From a virus (Duplodnaviria; Caudoviricetes), in IMG/VR virus record IMGVR_UViG_3300043443_000066, positions 1 through 38,206 of that record: DNA of 38,206 nucleotides; one strand, given 5' to 3'. The notes under the pieces were generated by a model. That model made no database searches. It had not been told where the DNA came from and saw only the letters and a program-made list of their open reading frames with translations. A program made the translations under genes and the position numbers. Positions within the stretch are counted from its first letter, which is position 1. The number at the start of each line of letters is the position of its first letter. Positions 1-7,433 of this stretch are shown in pieces.

Positions 1-127
1 CTGACGCACAGACTTTAGCAAGTCAATCTGCTTGTATGGTGCTGGTGGCGGCAGCGAGTGAAGCAGAAACTCTTTGTTCAGCGTAGGAATGTCAAACTTA
101 GATCCGTTGTAGTGAACAACTGCGTCT
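1..127. repeat. Terminal direct repeat copy 1 (identical to 38080-38206); circular-assembly overlap
   Basis: Bases 1-127 (ctgacgcaca...tgcgtct) match the last 127 bases exactly. The repeat lies inside a CDS that reads through the junction. Confidence 0.95.
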
Positions 128-345
128 GCTGAATCAATCAGTTTATGAATCTTACGCAACATAGTCTTTGCAGAAGACTGCTTCACAGAGTCAAAGAACA
201 CTTCCTTGTCATTGAGCCATTTAGCAGCCCAGCAAAGAACATAGGAAGACTCTAGCAAGTGTTGTGGATTAATATACTGATCACGAAGGCCCCAGATGTG
301 TGCTAAGTTTGGGCTTGTCTCGATATCAAGTAAAAGTATCTTCAC
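1..345 (-). CDS. N-terminal part of an origin-spanning DEDD/RNase H-like 3'-5' exonuclease; full gene complement(join(37687..38079,1..345)), 245 aa
   Basis: GTG start at 345 overlaps the upstream stop (GTGA). Translation MKILLLDIETSPN...VVHYNGSKFDIPTL has ExoI (DIET) and ExoII (HYNGxxFD) motifs and continues in frame into 37687..38079. Confidence 0.85.
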   Translation of the reverse strand, partial: MKILLLDIETSPNLAHIWGLRDQYINPQHLLESSYVLCWAAKWLNDKEVFFDSVKQSSAKTMLRKIHKLIDSADAVVHYNGSKFDIPTLNKEFLLHSLPPPAPYKQIDLLKSVRQ

Positions 346-629
346 TTAAAGATTTCCCAGTTGGTTTCTTCTTTTTGAAGTTTATCGGTCAGTTCTTGGT
401 TTGGGCTTTCAGTTTCAAAAAAATCATCAGGAAGTAAAGATTTAATAATAATCTTCTCACGAATGTCGTAACCATAAATAGATCCTAGAAAAGATACAAA
501 CTCTTTTAGCGGAACAGACCAAGGCTCATCTGCGTGAATGTCAGCACAGTAACGAATGTGACGAGAAGCAGGAAAGCCTGCAAGGTCATCTTCTTTTTCA
601 CGAAAAATAAACTCATAGTTATTAATCAT
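342..629 (-). CDS. Hypothetical protein (95 aa)
   Basis: ATG with AGGA RBS; fits the operon. Confidence 0.7.
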   Translation of the reverse strand: MINNYEFIFREKEDDLAGFPASRHIRYCADIHADEPWSVPLKEFVSFLGSIYGYDIREKIIIKSLLPDDFFETESPNQELTDKLQKEETNWEIFK

Positions 630-646
630 CTTTGTTTTCCTTTAAA

Positions 647-1435
647 TTAATCACCACAAAAACATGGAATAGACTCGTCTGCAAATAAGTCTATCTGCTC
701 TTCTGCCTTACTAATAATTTCATTATAGGTGGGATGATCACGCCTAAAAGTAGCGCCAATCTTATTTTCCATCTCAGCCCACCACACAACTTTTTCTGGA
801 TAACGCTTTACAATAGAGAATTTTTGCTTTAAATCTTTAAGATAGCAAAGATCACAATTACCTAGCGGTGTCTTTCCGTTAATTACTGTCAACTTTAAAT
901 CAAAAGGACTGTTATTCCAAAATTCTAACACATCCTCTTGAGTAATGCCGTCTTCAGCTAAAGGACATTGTTTCTCATCTTTGTTGTCCTTCATTTTTGC
1001 AACTCGCCGTTGTTCATCAGCACGAATACCTACAAAAGTAACGAAGTCTTTATGAGGAAAAACCTTGTTCATTAGTTTAACTTTCAACTCTTGTGTACAA
1101 AAACGAGCAAAAGTATTGGGCAGATATTTTTTCTTAACAATTAATTGCTCAAAAGGTTCTCCGGTACGACTAGCGGTAGCGTAATCAACAATGGCATATC
1201 CCGGTTTTTCTGCTCGATACTCTACCCAAGTAATAGGGACATTCCAATGATCTTGACAAGCCTTAACAAACTTTAAAGTCTCTTCATCTTCTTTGCCTGT
1301 GTTTGCAAAGATAACCATAGAATCTTCTGGAAGTTTCCCATCATTGGCTTCTAAAACTTTGTAAAGCATAAATGCTGATGTTCTTCCACCGCTAAAACTA
1401 ATAACAGTAGGTTCTACAATTTTATACGGATTCAT
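647..1435 (-). CDS. PAPS reductase-like (CysH/DndC superfamily) protein
   Basis: PP-loop SFSGGRTS, FANTGKE, RFCTQELK, GIRADEQRR, NCDLCYLK and C-terminal CFCGD. Confidence 0.85.
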   Translation of the reverse strand: MNPYKIVEPTVISFSGGRTSAFMLYKVLEANDGKLPEDSMVIFANTGKEDEETLKFVKACQDHWNVPITWVEYRAEKPGYAIVDYATASRTGEPFEQLIVKKKYLPNTFARFCTQELKVKLMNKVFPHKDFVTFVGIRADEQRRVAKMKDNKDEKQCPLAEDGITQEDVLEFWNNSPFDLKLTVINGKTPLGNCDLCYLKDLKQKFSIVKRYPEKVVWWAEMENKIGATFRRDHPTYNEIISKAEEQIDLFADESIPCFCGD

Positions 1436-1781
1436 TTTGTTTAGAAGCCTTTAATAGGTTAAAGAAATACTCTGCATCACAGACTACCAAGGGGCTGCTT
1501 CTATTTTGCTTAATAACAACGATAGGCGCTCTTTCTCCAGTCGTGTTTGCTTTCGCTTGCTCAAAGAAGCTGTATACGGCAATTCTATCCCTGCTTTTGC
1601 ACTCGACAGAAATGCCAATTCGTTTGGCTGCAGTGGGGCTAAACTGGATGTCTTCGCCTTGTGCGCCCATGCTTGTTGATCTGACATCATCAGGCTCCAG
1701 TGTCGGGAACATCTTGAGCAGGTAGTCTCTGACCCACTGCTGCAGGAGTCTTCCTTTTTGTTTTGCGCTGCTTGTTTTCAA
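1422..1781 (-). CDS. PD-(D/E)XK Holliday junction resolvase-like endonuclease
   Basis: SAKQKGRLLQQWV, GEDI and SVECK motifs; sits in the replication module; TTG start. Confidence 0.75.
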   Translation of the reverse strand: MKTSSAKQKGRLLQQWVRDYLLKMFPTLEPDDVRSTSMGAQGEDIQFSPTAAKRIGISVECKSRDRIAVYSFFEQAKANTTGERAPIVVIKQNRSSPLVVCDAEYFFNLLKASKQNESV

Positions 1782-2004
1782 TTGTTATCTTCCTCTTGTT
1801 TTTAATCCATGCCTTCGGTATGTGCATCCTAGCATTGGTTTGGTTATGTGACCAAGTCAATGCAAGACACAAGGCATCATCAGTTTCATCAATGACAAAC
1901 CCAATGGTAAAGCATGGGTGTATCTCAGCCTTTGTAGCGGCTTCCCAGCCTACATCAGCGACTGCATCTACCCACTCTATGTAGTAAACACTGGGGGTTG
2001 CCAC
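1690..2004 (-). CDS. Conserved phage hypothetical protein (IEWVDA...GW...GFVI type)
   Basis: Family-like motifs; probable GTG start at 2004 (the ORF track extends to 2031); the 3' end overlaps the resolvase gene by 92 nt. Confidence 0.6.
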   Translation of the reverse strand: MATPSVYYIEWVDAVADVGWEAATKAEIHPCFTIGFVIDETDDALCLALTWSHNQTNARMHIPKAWIKNKRKITIENKQRKTKRKTPAAVGQRLPAQDVPDTGA

Positions 2005-2663
2005 AGTTGCTCTTTTTCTCTTCGCAGCCATAGTAATTGTCCTTGCTCCGTTAAGTACTCAATGTTGCCATCATAGGCTTCTAATACTGCATTATACAAC
2101 TCTTGTTCTGTGTTACAACCATCGAGGATCTTCTCAGCCTTCTTTGGGCCAATGCCTTTCAATCCGGGGATGTTATCTGTTCTGTCCCCAGTTAATAACT
2201 GAGTGTAGAAGTTCTTGATTGCTTCTTCCTCAGATACATAAAATCTTTTGTTCTTACCAAAGTCGTAGTGCCAACCACGCACATTGTTTAAGTCTTTGTC
2301 AATGGAGCAAATGATGTAATCTTCTTCGCCAAGTTCGTATGCTCTGATGGAGACAGCATCATCTGCTTCTTGACCTTCCTGAACTGAAAAAGCCCAAGCA
2401 TTGATCATATACTCTCGTATAATCCCAAGATGCTTAGGCTTCTCTAATACTCTGTTGCCCTTATAAGGAACTGTCTTGGCTATGTCGTGACGATAATTGG
2501 TCTTGCCAGTAAGATAGCCTTCGCAATCATCGGTATCAACATAGGTGTAGACAAGTTCCTCTAAAAACTCTGATGCTTTTCTTAACGCAAGCTTTGCCGG
2601 TTCATCATTGCAACCGAAGGCGATACGATAAGCGATAGAATCAGCGTCAATAAGGGCGATCAA
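1977..2663 (-). CDS. 5'-3' exonuclease / flap endonuclease (T7 gp6-like)
   Basis: LIDADSIAY, EADD, SIDKDL and H3TH motif GDRTDNIPGLKGIGPKKA. Confidence 0.92.
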   Translation of the reverse strand: MIALIDADSIAYRIAFGCNDEPAKLALRKASEFLEELVYTYVDTDDCEGYLTGKTNYRHDIAKTVPYKGNRVLEKPKHLGIIREYMINAWAFSVQEGQEADDAVSIRAYELGEEDYIICSIDKDLNNVRGWHYDFGKNKRFYVSEEEAIKNFYTQLLTGDRTDNIPGLKGIGPKKAEKILDGCNTEQELYNAVLEAYDGNIEYLTEQGQLLWLRREKEQLWQPPVFTT

Positions 2664-2665
2664 TG

Positions 2666-2827
2666 TTAGGCCTTTACAATGGCAACATTGTTACGACCCA
2701 GTGTGCGATCCAGCCCAAGGCTACGCAGATAACGACGAACAGCGTTACGAGCCATCTCATAGGACTTGAATCCTTCTTTGAAAGTCTTCAGGGTCAGTTT
2801 CTTACCATTTACTTTAACGATATACAT
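2666..2827 (-). CDS. Small basic hypothetical protein (53 aa, MYIVKVNGKK...)
   Basis: Not in the ORF track; GGAGAG RBS plus ATG; fills the gap between SSB and exonuclease exactly. Confidence 0.7.
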   Translation of the reverse strand: MYIVKVNGKKLTLKTFKEGFKSYEMARNAVRRYLRSLGLDRTLGRNNVAIVKA

Positions 2828-2836
2828 TTTCTCTCC

Positions 2837-3253
2837 TTAAAGAATATCATCGTCTTGATTACTACCTTCAGGCGCTTCATACGCTTGAAGTTCCTCAATC
2901 ACCAGTTTCTTGATGGTAGCGGAGCGTCCAGTCTTGTTCTTCCACTTCCAGTCATAGGCACTGATAACTGCTACCGCAGTGCTGCCATTACCGATAGCAA
3001 CATTGGATAGGTCTTCGCCTTTGCCATCAAATACCTTGATAGGCATGGCAGATTTAGCAGTGATGAAGAAACCCTTCTCAGGCTTATCTTCACGCTTACG
3101 CACTTCCAAACCGAGACTCTCAAGTGCGCTGACAGCGTTTTCAGACAGATTGCAAAGATCCATCTGATACTTGCCAGACATCTCGTTAGGCTTATTGTGG
3201 AAGCACCACATAACTTCAGCCTTAATCTTTACCGGTTTAACTAGATCGTTCAT
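2837..3253 (-). CDS. Single-stranded DNA-binding protein (T7 gp2.5-like)
   Basis: SGKYQMDL and IGNGS motifs, acidic C-terminal tail (DDDIL), position between polymerase and exonuclease. Confidence 0.75.
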   Translation of the reverse strand: MNDLVKPVKIKAEVMWCFHNKPNEMSGKYQMDLCNLSENAVSALESLGLEVRKREDKPEKGFFITAKSAMPIKVFDGKGEDLSNVAIGNGSTAVAVISAYDWKWKNKTGRSATIKKLVIEELQAYEAPEGSNQDDDIL

Positions 3254-3286
3254 TTTACTTCCTTTCTGAGATACTGCGGTTATGCC

Positions 3287-3466
3287 CTAGTGGGCGGTTT
3301 GTGACTGCAACATCTGCATGGTAATGGATCTTGCAGCCTCTGTCAAGAGAAACAAAGCATAAAGTGGATCACCCTGCAACTCTTCTGACATTCCGATGTT
3401 AAGGTTATCATCTGTGTCTTCCCAGATAAAAATACCTTGTTCAAATACTTCTGGATCAATCTTCAA
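3287..3466 (-). CDS. Small hypothetical protein (59 aa, MKIDPEVFEQ...)
   Basis: TTG start coupled to the polA stop (TTGA); fills the gap. Confidence 0.55.
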   Translation of the reverse strand: MKIDPEVFEQGIFIWEDTDDNLNIGMSEELQGDPLYALFLLTEAARSITMQMLQSQTAH

Positions 3467-5121
3467 TGCGTTTCCTTCCAGTTAAATCCTACACGATACT
3501 CGCCTGTCAAGGGGCAGCGCATGTTTAATACCTTGCCTGCTTCCTCGATCGCCTCCACGCCCATCTTACCAACCCTATCAGCGTCCTTCTCAATAACTTC
3601 AATCTGCCATTCGTCATGTACATTCGCTACGAAGTGTGCATCTATCTTGTGAGTTTTGATCTTCTTATTCAGAATGACCAAGGCTTGCTTCATTACAATC
3701 GCACCAGCACCCTGCAGTAGCGTGTTGAGTGCAGCGTGTGCGGAACGAATGAAAAGTTGCCTGCCGTCAAGACCGTTGAGGTATCCTTTTTCGCCCAGCC
3801 TTTCAATCTTTGCTCTAAGTGTTTTGAGCGATGGTGTGTTATCAAGAAAGGAATCAATGAGCCGTTGGCCTTCTTTTGCACCCCCACCCACAATACTCCC
3901 GATTTTAGATGGCCCTGCTCCGTAGAGAAATGCGTAAATGAATGTCTTCGCTTGCGGCCTAGTTTGAAGCCCTGCGGCATTTTGGTTTTTGGTATGAATG
4001 TCGCCTTCACAGACTTCTCGAACATATTCTTGATCCTTCATATAGTGTGCAAGCATACGCAATTCTAAACCACTAGCGTCAATACCAACTAATTTGTAAC
4101 CTTTCTCAACCATCCACAATTCACGGCACTCAGCACCATAGGGACTGCTACACGATGGAACCTGCGCCATGTTAGGACTGCTGTGAGTCATTCGTCCTGT
4201 GACTGCGCCGTTGGTGATGACCTTACCGTGGACACGCCCATCTTCTCGTACAGCTTCAAGCCATGATTCAACCTGAGCCACCCTTTTCTGAAGCAACAAG
4301 TACTCGGCAATAAGTTGAGCCTCAGCAATAGGGACATTAGCGAGGACTGTTTCATCGACTATTGCTTGGCCTTTCTCTGTAAATTTCTCTGGCTTCCAGC
4401 CTTTCTCTTGGAGGCGTTTGGAAATCTGCTGCCGACTGCTGGGGTTGAAGACTTCGATTCTGTCTTTGAGGGGCTTTCCTGTCTTTTCGCTGACTCTGGT
4501 GTGAACAATAGGGGCGAAGACGGATTGAAGTTGTTGCTCGATTCCGGCAGCTTTGTCCCTGAGTAATGCCACAAACTCCATAGCCTTAGGCACATTGAGT
4601 TTAAAGCCTCTTCGCTCTTGCTTTGCAATGATTGCAGCAACTTCATGCTCCAAGTCCATTGATTGCTTAGAGAATCCAAGAATTCTTTTCTCATTTTCGA
4701 GTGCATGGTATACCTCTTCAAGTAAGTTCACATCCTGAATACAATAGTCAATCATCTCCTGCGTTAGACCGCCGTCGAAGTCCTGAAAGTCTATCTTGTG
4801 ATTCTTCAATCTTAGTCCGAAAGCGGCTAGGCTGTGACCGCCTTCTCGGTTTGGGTTCAGTAGTCTCGACATCAGTAGGGTGTCTTTGCACTGGTTCAAA
4901 CGAATCTTCGTATTCCAATGCCGATTCAATATCGGTGCATCGAACGAAATGAGATTGTGTCCAACGATTGTGTCGCTGTCCTTTAAATACTCGTTCAACT
5001 TTCTTGCTTCCGTCCATACCTTTACTTCCCCGTCAGCCTTAGTAACACAACACCATATCCTATCATGTTGGGTATTTGTCTCTATGTCAAGAAACACCAA
5101 TCTGTTGCCAGCCACTGTCAT
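3463..5121 (-). CDS. polA: DNA polymerase family A with 3'-5' exonuclease (T7 gp5-like, Tyr762 type)
   Basis: FLDIET, GHNLISFD, motif A DASGLELR, motif B AKTFIYAFLYGAG, motif C VHDE. Confidence 0.97.
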   Translation of the reverse strand: MTVAGNRLVFLDIETNTQHDRIWCCVTKADGEVKVWTEARKLNEYLKDSDTIVGHNLISFDAPILNRHWNTKIRLNQCKDTLLMSRLLNPNREGGHSLAAFGLRLKNHKIDFQDFDGGLTQEMIDYCIQDVNLLEEVYHALENEKRILGFSKQSMDLEHEVAAIIAKQERRGFKLNVPKAMEFVALLRDKAAGIEQQLQSVFAPIVHTRVSEKTGKPLKDRIEVFNPSSRQQISKRLQEKGWKPEKFTEKGQAIVDETVLANVPIAEAQLIAEYLLLQKRVAQVESWLEAVREDGRVHGKVITNGAVTGRMTHSSPNMAQVPSCSSPYGAECRELWMVEKGYKLVGIDASGLELRMLAHYMKDQEYVREVCEGDIHTKNQNAAGLQTRPQAKTFIYAFLYGAGPSKIGSIVGGGAKEGQRLIDSFLDNTPSLKTLRAKIERLGEKGYLNGLDGRQLFIRSAHAALNTLLQGAGAIVMKQALVILNKKIKTHKIDAHFVANVHDEWQIEVIEKDADRVGKMGVEAIEEAGKVLNMRCPLTGEYRVGFNWKETH

Positions 5122-5305
5122 CCCTTTTCACTTTGATAGAGCCATCAGAGTATAGCACATAAATCTCTTGTACGCCGTTCTTGTTGTAGCAGGCAGAGAT
5201 ACTTACTGGCGATCCTTTAGCGACAGCATTATCATCCTTCTTTGGTCTTGGGTCATCTGCGACCACATCATCAGTTCTCTTTCGGTTCTTTTGCATGCTG
5301 AACAC
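5087..5305 (-). CDS. Possible small hypothetical protein, start uncertain
   Basis: Only ORF covering 5122-5202; overlaps both neighbours. Confidence 0.3.
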   Translation of the reverse strand: MFSMQKNRKRTDDVVADDPRPKKDDNAVAKGSPVSISACYNKNGVQEIYVLYSDGSIKVKRDDSGWQQIGVS

Positions 5306-5352
5306 CTTCCTTTAGAATAGTCGAATTTACACACTTTACTGCAAGGTGTCAA
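5203..5352 (-). CDS. DUF1289-like small Cys-rich protein
   Basis: TPCSKVCKFD...CSACKRTERELMMWSQMT pattern; TTG start coupled to the upstream TGA. Confidence 0.7.
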   Translation of the reverse strand: MTPCSKVCKFDYSKGRCSACKRTERELMMWSQMTQDQRRMIMLSLKDRQ

Positions 5353-5504
5353 TGGTTGCTCTCGTTGACCTTGTTCAACAGTTGAATCTGTGCGTTCGCT
5401 AGTGCTGCTTCCAGCCATGTGTTTTCCTTTTCTAGTCGTTCATTTCTTGCACGAAGCATTTGGTTTTCACGCTCTAATTCAGCGATGACATCATCGTTGC
5501 TCAT
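5349..5504 (-). CDS. Small coiled-coil protein (51 aa, MSNDDVIAELERENQMLRARNERLE...)
   Basis: Not in the ORF track; ATGA and TTGA coupling at the two ends; GGAG RBS. Confidence 0.7.
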   Translation of the reverse strand: MSNDDVIAELERENQMLRARNERLEKENTWLEAALANAQIQLLNKVNESNH

Positions 5505-5878
5505 GTGTTCTTCTCCTTTAGTTTGGCTTCGATGGCTTTCCCAAAAGACTTGATTCCATAGTTACTACCGTGCTGATACAAAAACTTATCGGCGTAGTCG
5601 TAAATCTCTTCATCCGTTAGCCCAACCCATTCACGCTTCTGCTCCATTGCCGCATCCCAGCCACGCTCGTATCCACACTGCCATTGATGCTGACCGTACC
5701 AGTCCTGTTCTTTCAGCTTGTCTTCATACGCTCGTAGTCCAGCCCAGAAACCTTCCTCGTATTCTTCTGAGTGACTGCCTCTGAGTTCTACAGTTTCTCG
5801 TATGCCCTCCCACGCCACCGGCTCTTGCTTATCGCTTACTGTTGATGTTGTAGACTTAGTATCAATACTTAGCGTCAT
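5501..5878 (-). CDS. Hypothetical protein (QEPVAW...WVGLTDEEI...IEAKLKEKN modular family)
   Basis: GGAGG RBS; contains motifs common in phage accessory proteins. Confidence 0.75.
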   Translation of the reverse strand: MTLSIDTKSTTSTVSDKQEPVAWEGIRETVELRGSHSEEYEEGFWAGLRAYEDKLKEQDWYGQHQWQCGYERGWDAAMEQKREWVGLTDEEIYDYADKFLYQHGSNYGIKSFGKAIEAKLKEKNT

Positions 5879-6105
5879 TCTACATCCTCCTTCATTGTCC
5901 TGTAATCGTCAACCTGATTGACACGACAGAAGGTATCCCAGAGTTTCCATTGACGAAGTTTACAGACTTGCCACAAACCCATCAGCATGTTGTCAACCTC
6001 ATCCTGTGTCATCGGTGAACCGTCACAGTGCATTTCAAATGCGGCCTTCAAGTCAGCAGTCATGTCAGCTTCAAAGATAGCCTGCTCTAAATCGAATCTG
6101 TTCAT
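5875..6105 (-). CDS. Hypothetical protein (76 aa)
   Basis: Translationally coupled on both sides. Confidence 0.7.
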   Translation of the reverse strand: MNRFDLEQAIFEADMTADLKAAFEMHCDGSPMTQDEVDNMLMGLWQVCKLRQWKLWDTFCRVNQVDDYRTMKEDVE

Positions 6106-6395
6106 TAGAATTGTACTCCGCAGACAACAAAACCTGTGTTCACTTTGTTAGTGCGCCGCTCTTCCAATGTCAGGTGCTTACCTGTGGCTTTGTACTTGGC
6201 ATTGAAGCTGTCACCAATCTTAACAACATGTCCTGACTTCTGCATCTCTCGCAGATAACGCCATACAGACTGCTGCGGTATGTCCAGCTCTACTGCCGCA
6301 TCTGTTGATGCCTGCTCAGTCTTCATGTACTCAAGCATCTGCTTCTTCCTGTCATAGTGCATCTTCAGCACTGAAGGTCTAATGTACTTGCCCAT
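6105..6395 (-). CDS. Winged-HTH DNA-binding protein
   Basis: ASTDAAVELDIPQQSVWRYLREMQKSGHV HTH pattern; likely ATG at 6395. Confidence 0.6.
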   Translation of the reverse strand: MGKYIRPSVLKMHYDRKKQMLEYMKTEQASTDAAVELDIPQQSVWRYLREMQKSGHVVKIGDSFNAKYKATGKHLTLEERRTNKVNTGFVVCGVQF

Positions 6396-6397
6396 GT

Positions 6398-6547
6398 TTA
6401 ACCTTTCCAAGCCAGCCAAGCCAGCCCAATGTTAGAGACGGAGTAACCGAACCAGACAATGAACATAGCCCAGTTACCCCGCATTGCTTCCATCACGCCA
6501 ACACTAGCGTAAATGACCATGACTACCAGTATCAGCCACCAAGCCAT
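6398..6547 (-). CDS. Small two-TM membrane protein (49 aa, MAWWLILVVMVIY...)
   Basis: Not in the ORF track; hydrophobic; fills the gap exactly. Confidence 0.7.
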   Translation of the reverse strand: MAWWLILVVMVIYASVGVMEAMRGNWAMFIVWFGYSVSNIGLAWLAWKG

Positions 6548-6548
6548 G

Positions 6549-6767
6549 CTATGCCACCACCAGATTGTAGCGGTCTAAAGCACACTCTAGCGTCTTGCAC
6601 TTAGCCTCAAGGTAAGAAATTTGCATCTTCAGAGTTTCATTCTCTTTCTCGAAGAAGTCAGCATCTTCGTTAGCACCTCTGAGTTCACGCTGAACCTCGA
6701 TCAACTGATCTTGCAGTTCGCCGTAGGCATCAATATGCACATAGTCTTCCTGATTGTAGTAGTTCAT
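6549..6767 (-). CDS. Coiled-coil hypothetical protein
   Basis: AGGAG RBS; heptad pattern. Confidence 0.7.
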   Translation of the reverse strand: MNYYNQEDYVHIDAYGELQDQLIEVQRELRGANEDADFFEKENETLKMQISYLEAKCKTLECALDRYNLVVA

Positions 6768-6830
6768 CTTTATCTCCTGATTAAAAAACCAATGAAGGAA
6801 ACAGCACCCAATAAGAATGTCATCATACTA

Positions 6831-7433
6831 CTAACCCCACTGTTCTGCCATAGCGTTAGCAATTCCTTGAAAAGTCCTACTCCTATCTTTCCAAGTCTTT
6901 CCCAACACTGTCTTTCGTTTATCACCCTTGAACCTACTGGTATAACTTCCACACCAATAGCCCTCTACTTCTACTACATTTGTATGTTGAAGCGGTGATA
7001 GGTTCTTCAACCACAATTGTGTTCGCTTACTGTAAGGATCGCCAAAGTGATAAGGATGAATAACTTGTGTTGGTGTAGGTAATTCGTAAATAAGACTTGG
7101 TTTAGGATTTTCTACGCAAATCTTGTCAATGTTTGTATTGAGCAAGGAAAAGAAAAATTCTTTAGCTTCTAGTCCTTTTTCATAGCGTTCAACATTTAAT
7201 TGTCCTTTTGGGTACAGCCATCTTGCACCTGCGTTAGACAAGTAAGTGCATGGTGGATGTGCGATCATTAAATCCCAACCATCGTTGATGATGTCAAAAA
7301 CATCGCCTTGATAGTGTTCACCCATATCAGGAGACTCAGATGGCTCAAAATCGCAAGAAACTGCATGGTGTCCTTTTGCTATAAAAGCATTACGCACAAC
7401 ACCGCTATATTCGCAAGCCACTAGAACTTTCAT
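6831..7433 (-). CDS. Short DNA cytosine-5 methyltransferase-like protein
   Basis: VLVACEYSG (motif I-like), SCD, catalytic AHPPC, VENP; ATGA coupling to primase-helicase. Confidence 0.75.
   Translation of the reverse strand: MKVLVACEYSGVVRNAFIAKGHHAVSCDFEPSESPDMGEHYQGDVFDIINDGWDLMIAHPPCTYLSNAGARWLYPKGQLNVERYEKGLEAKEFFFSLLNTNIDKICVENPKPSLIYELPTPTQVIHPYHFGDPYSKRTQLWLKNLSPLQHTNVVEVEGYWCGSYTSRFKGDKRKTVLGKTWKDRSRTFQGIANAMAEQWG

Noticed and set aside
1-127. 127-bp repeat as a biological direct terminal repeat
   Set aside because: It lies inside a continuous CDS and its length equals a common assembler k-mer, so it indicates circularity only.
2663-3010. Plus-strand ORFs in the minus arm and minus-strand ORFs in the plus arm (many in the ORF track)
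   Set aside because: They overlap well-supported genes on the opposite strand and lack RBSs or motifs.
6770-6952. 60-aa ORF overlapping the methyltransferase 3' end
   Set aside because: Mostly overlaps the MTase and has no clear RBS; a very short hydrophobic peptide from about 6826 cannot be excluded.
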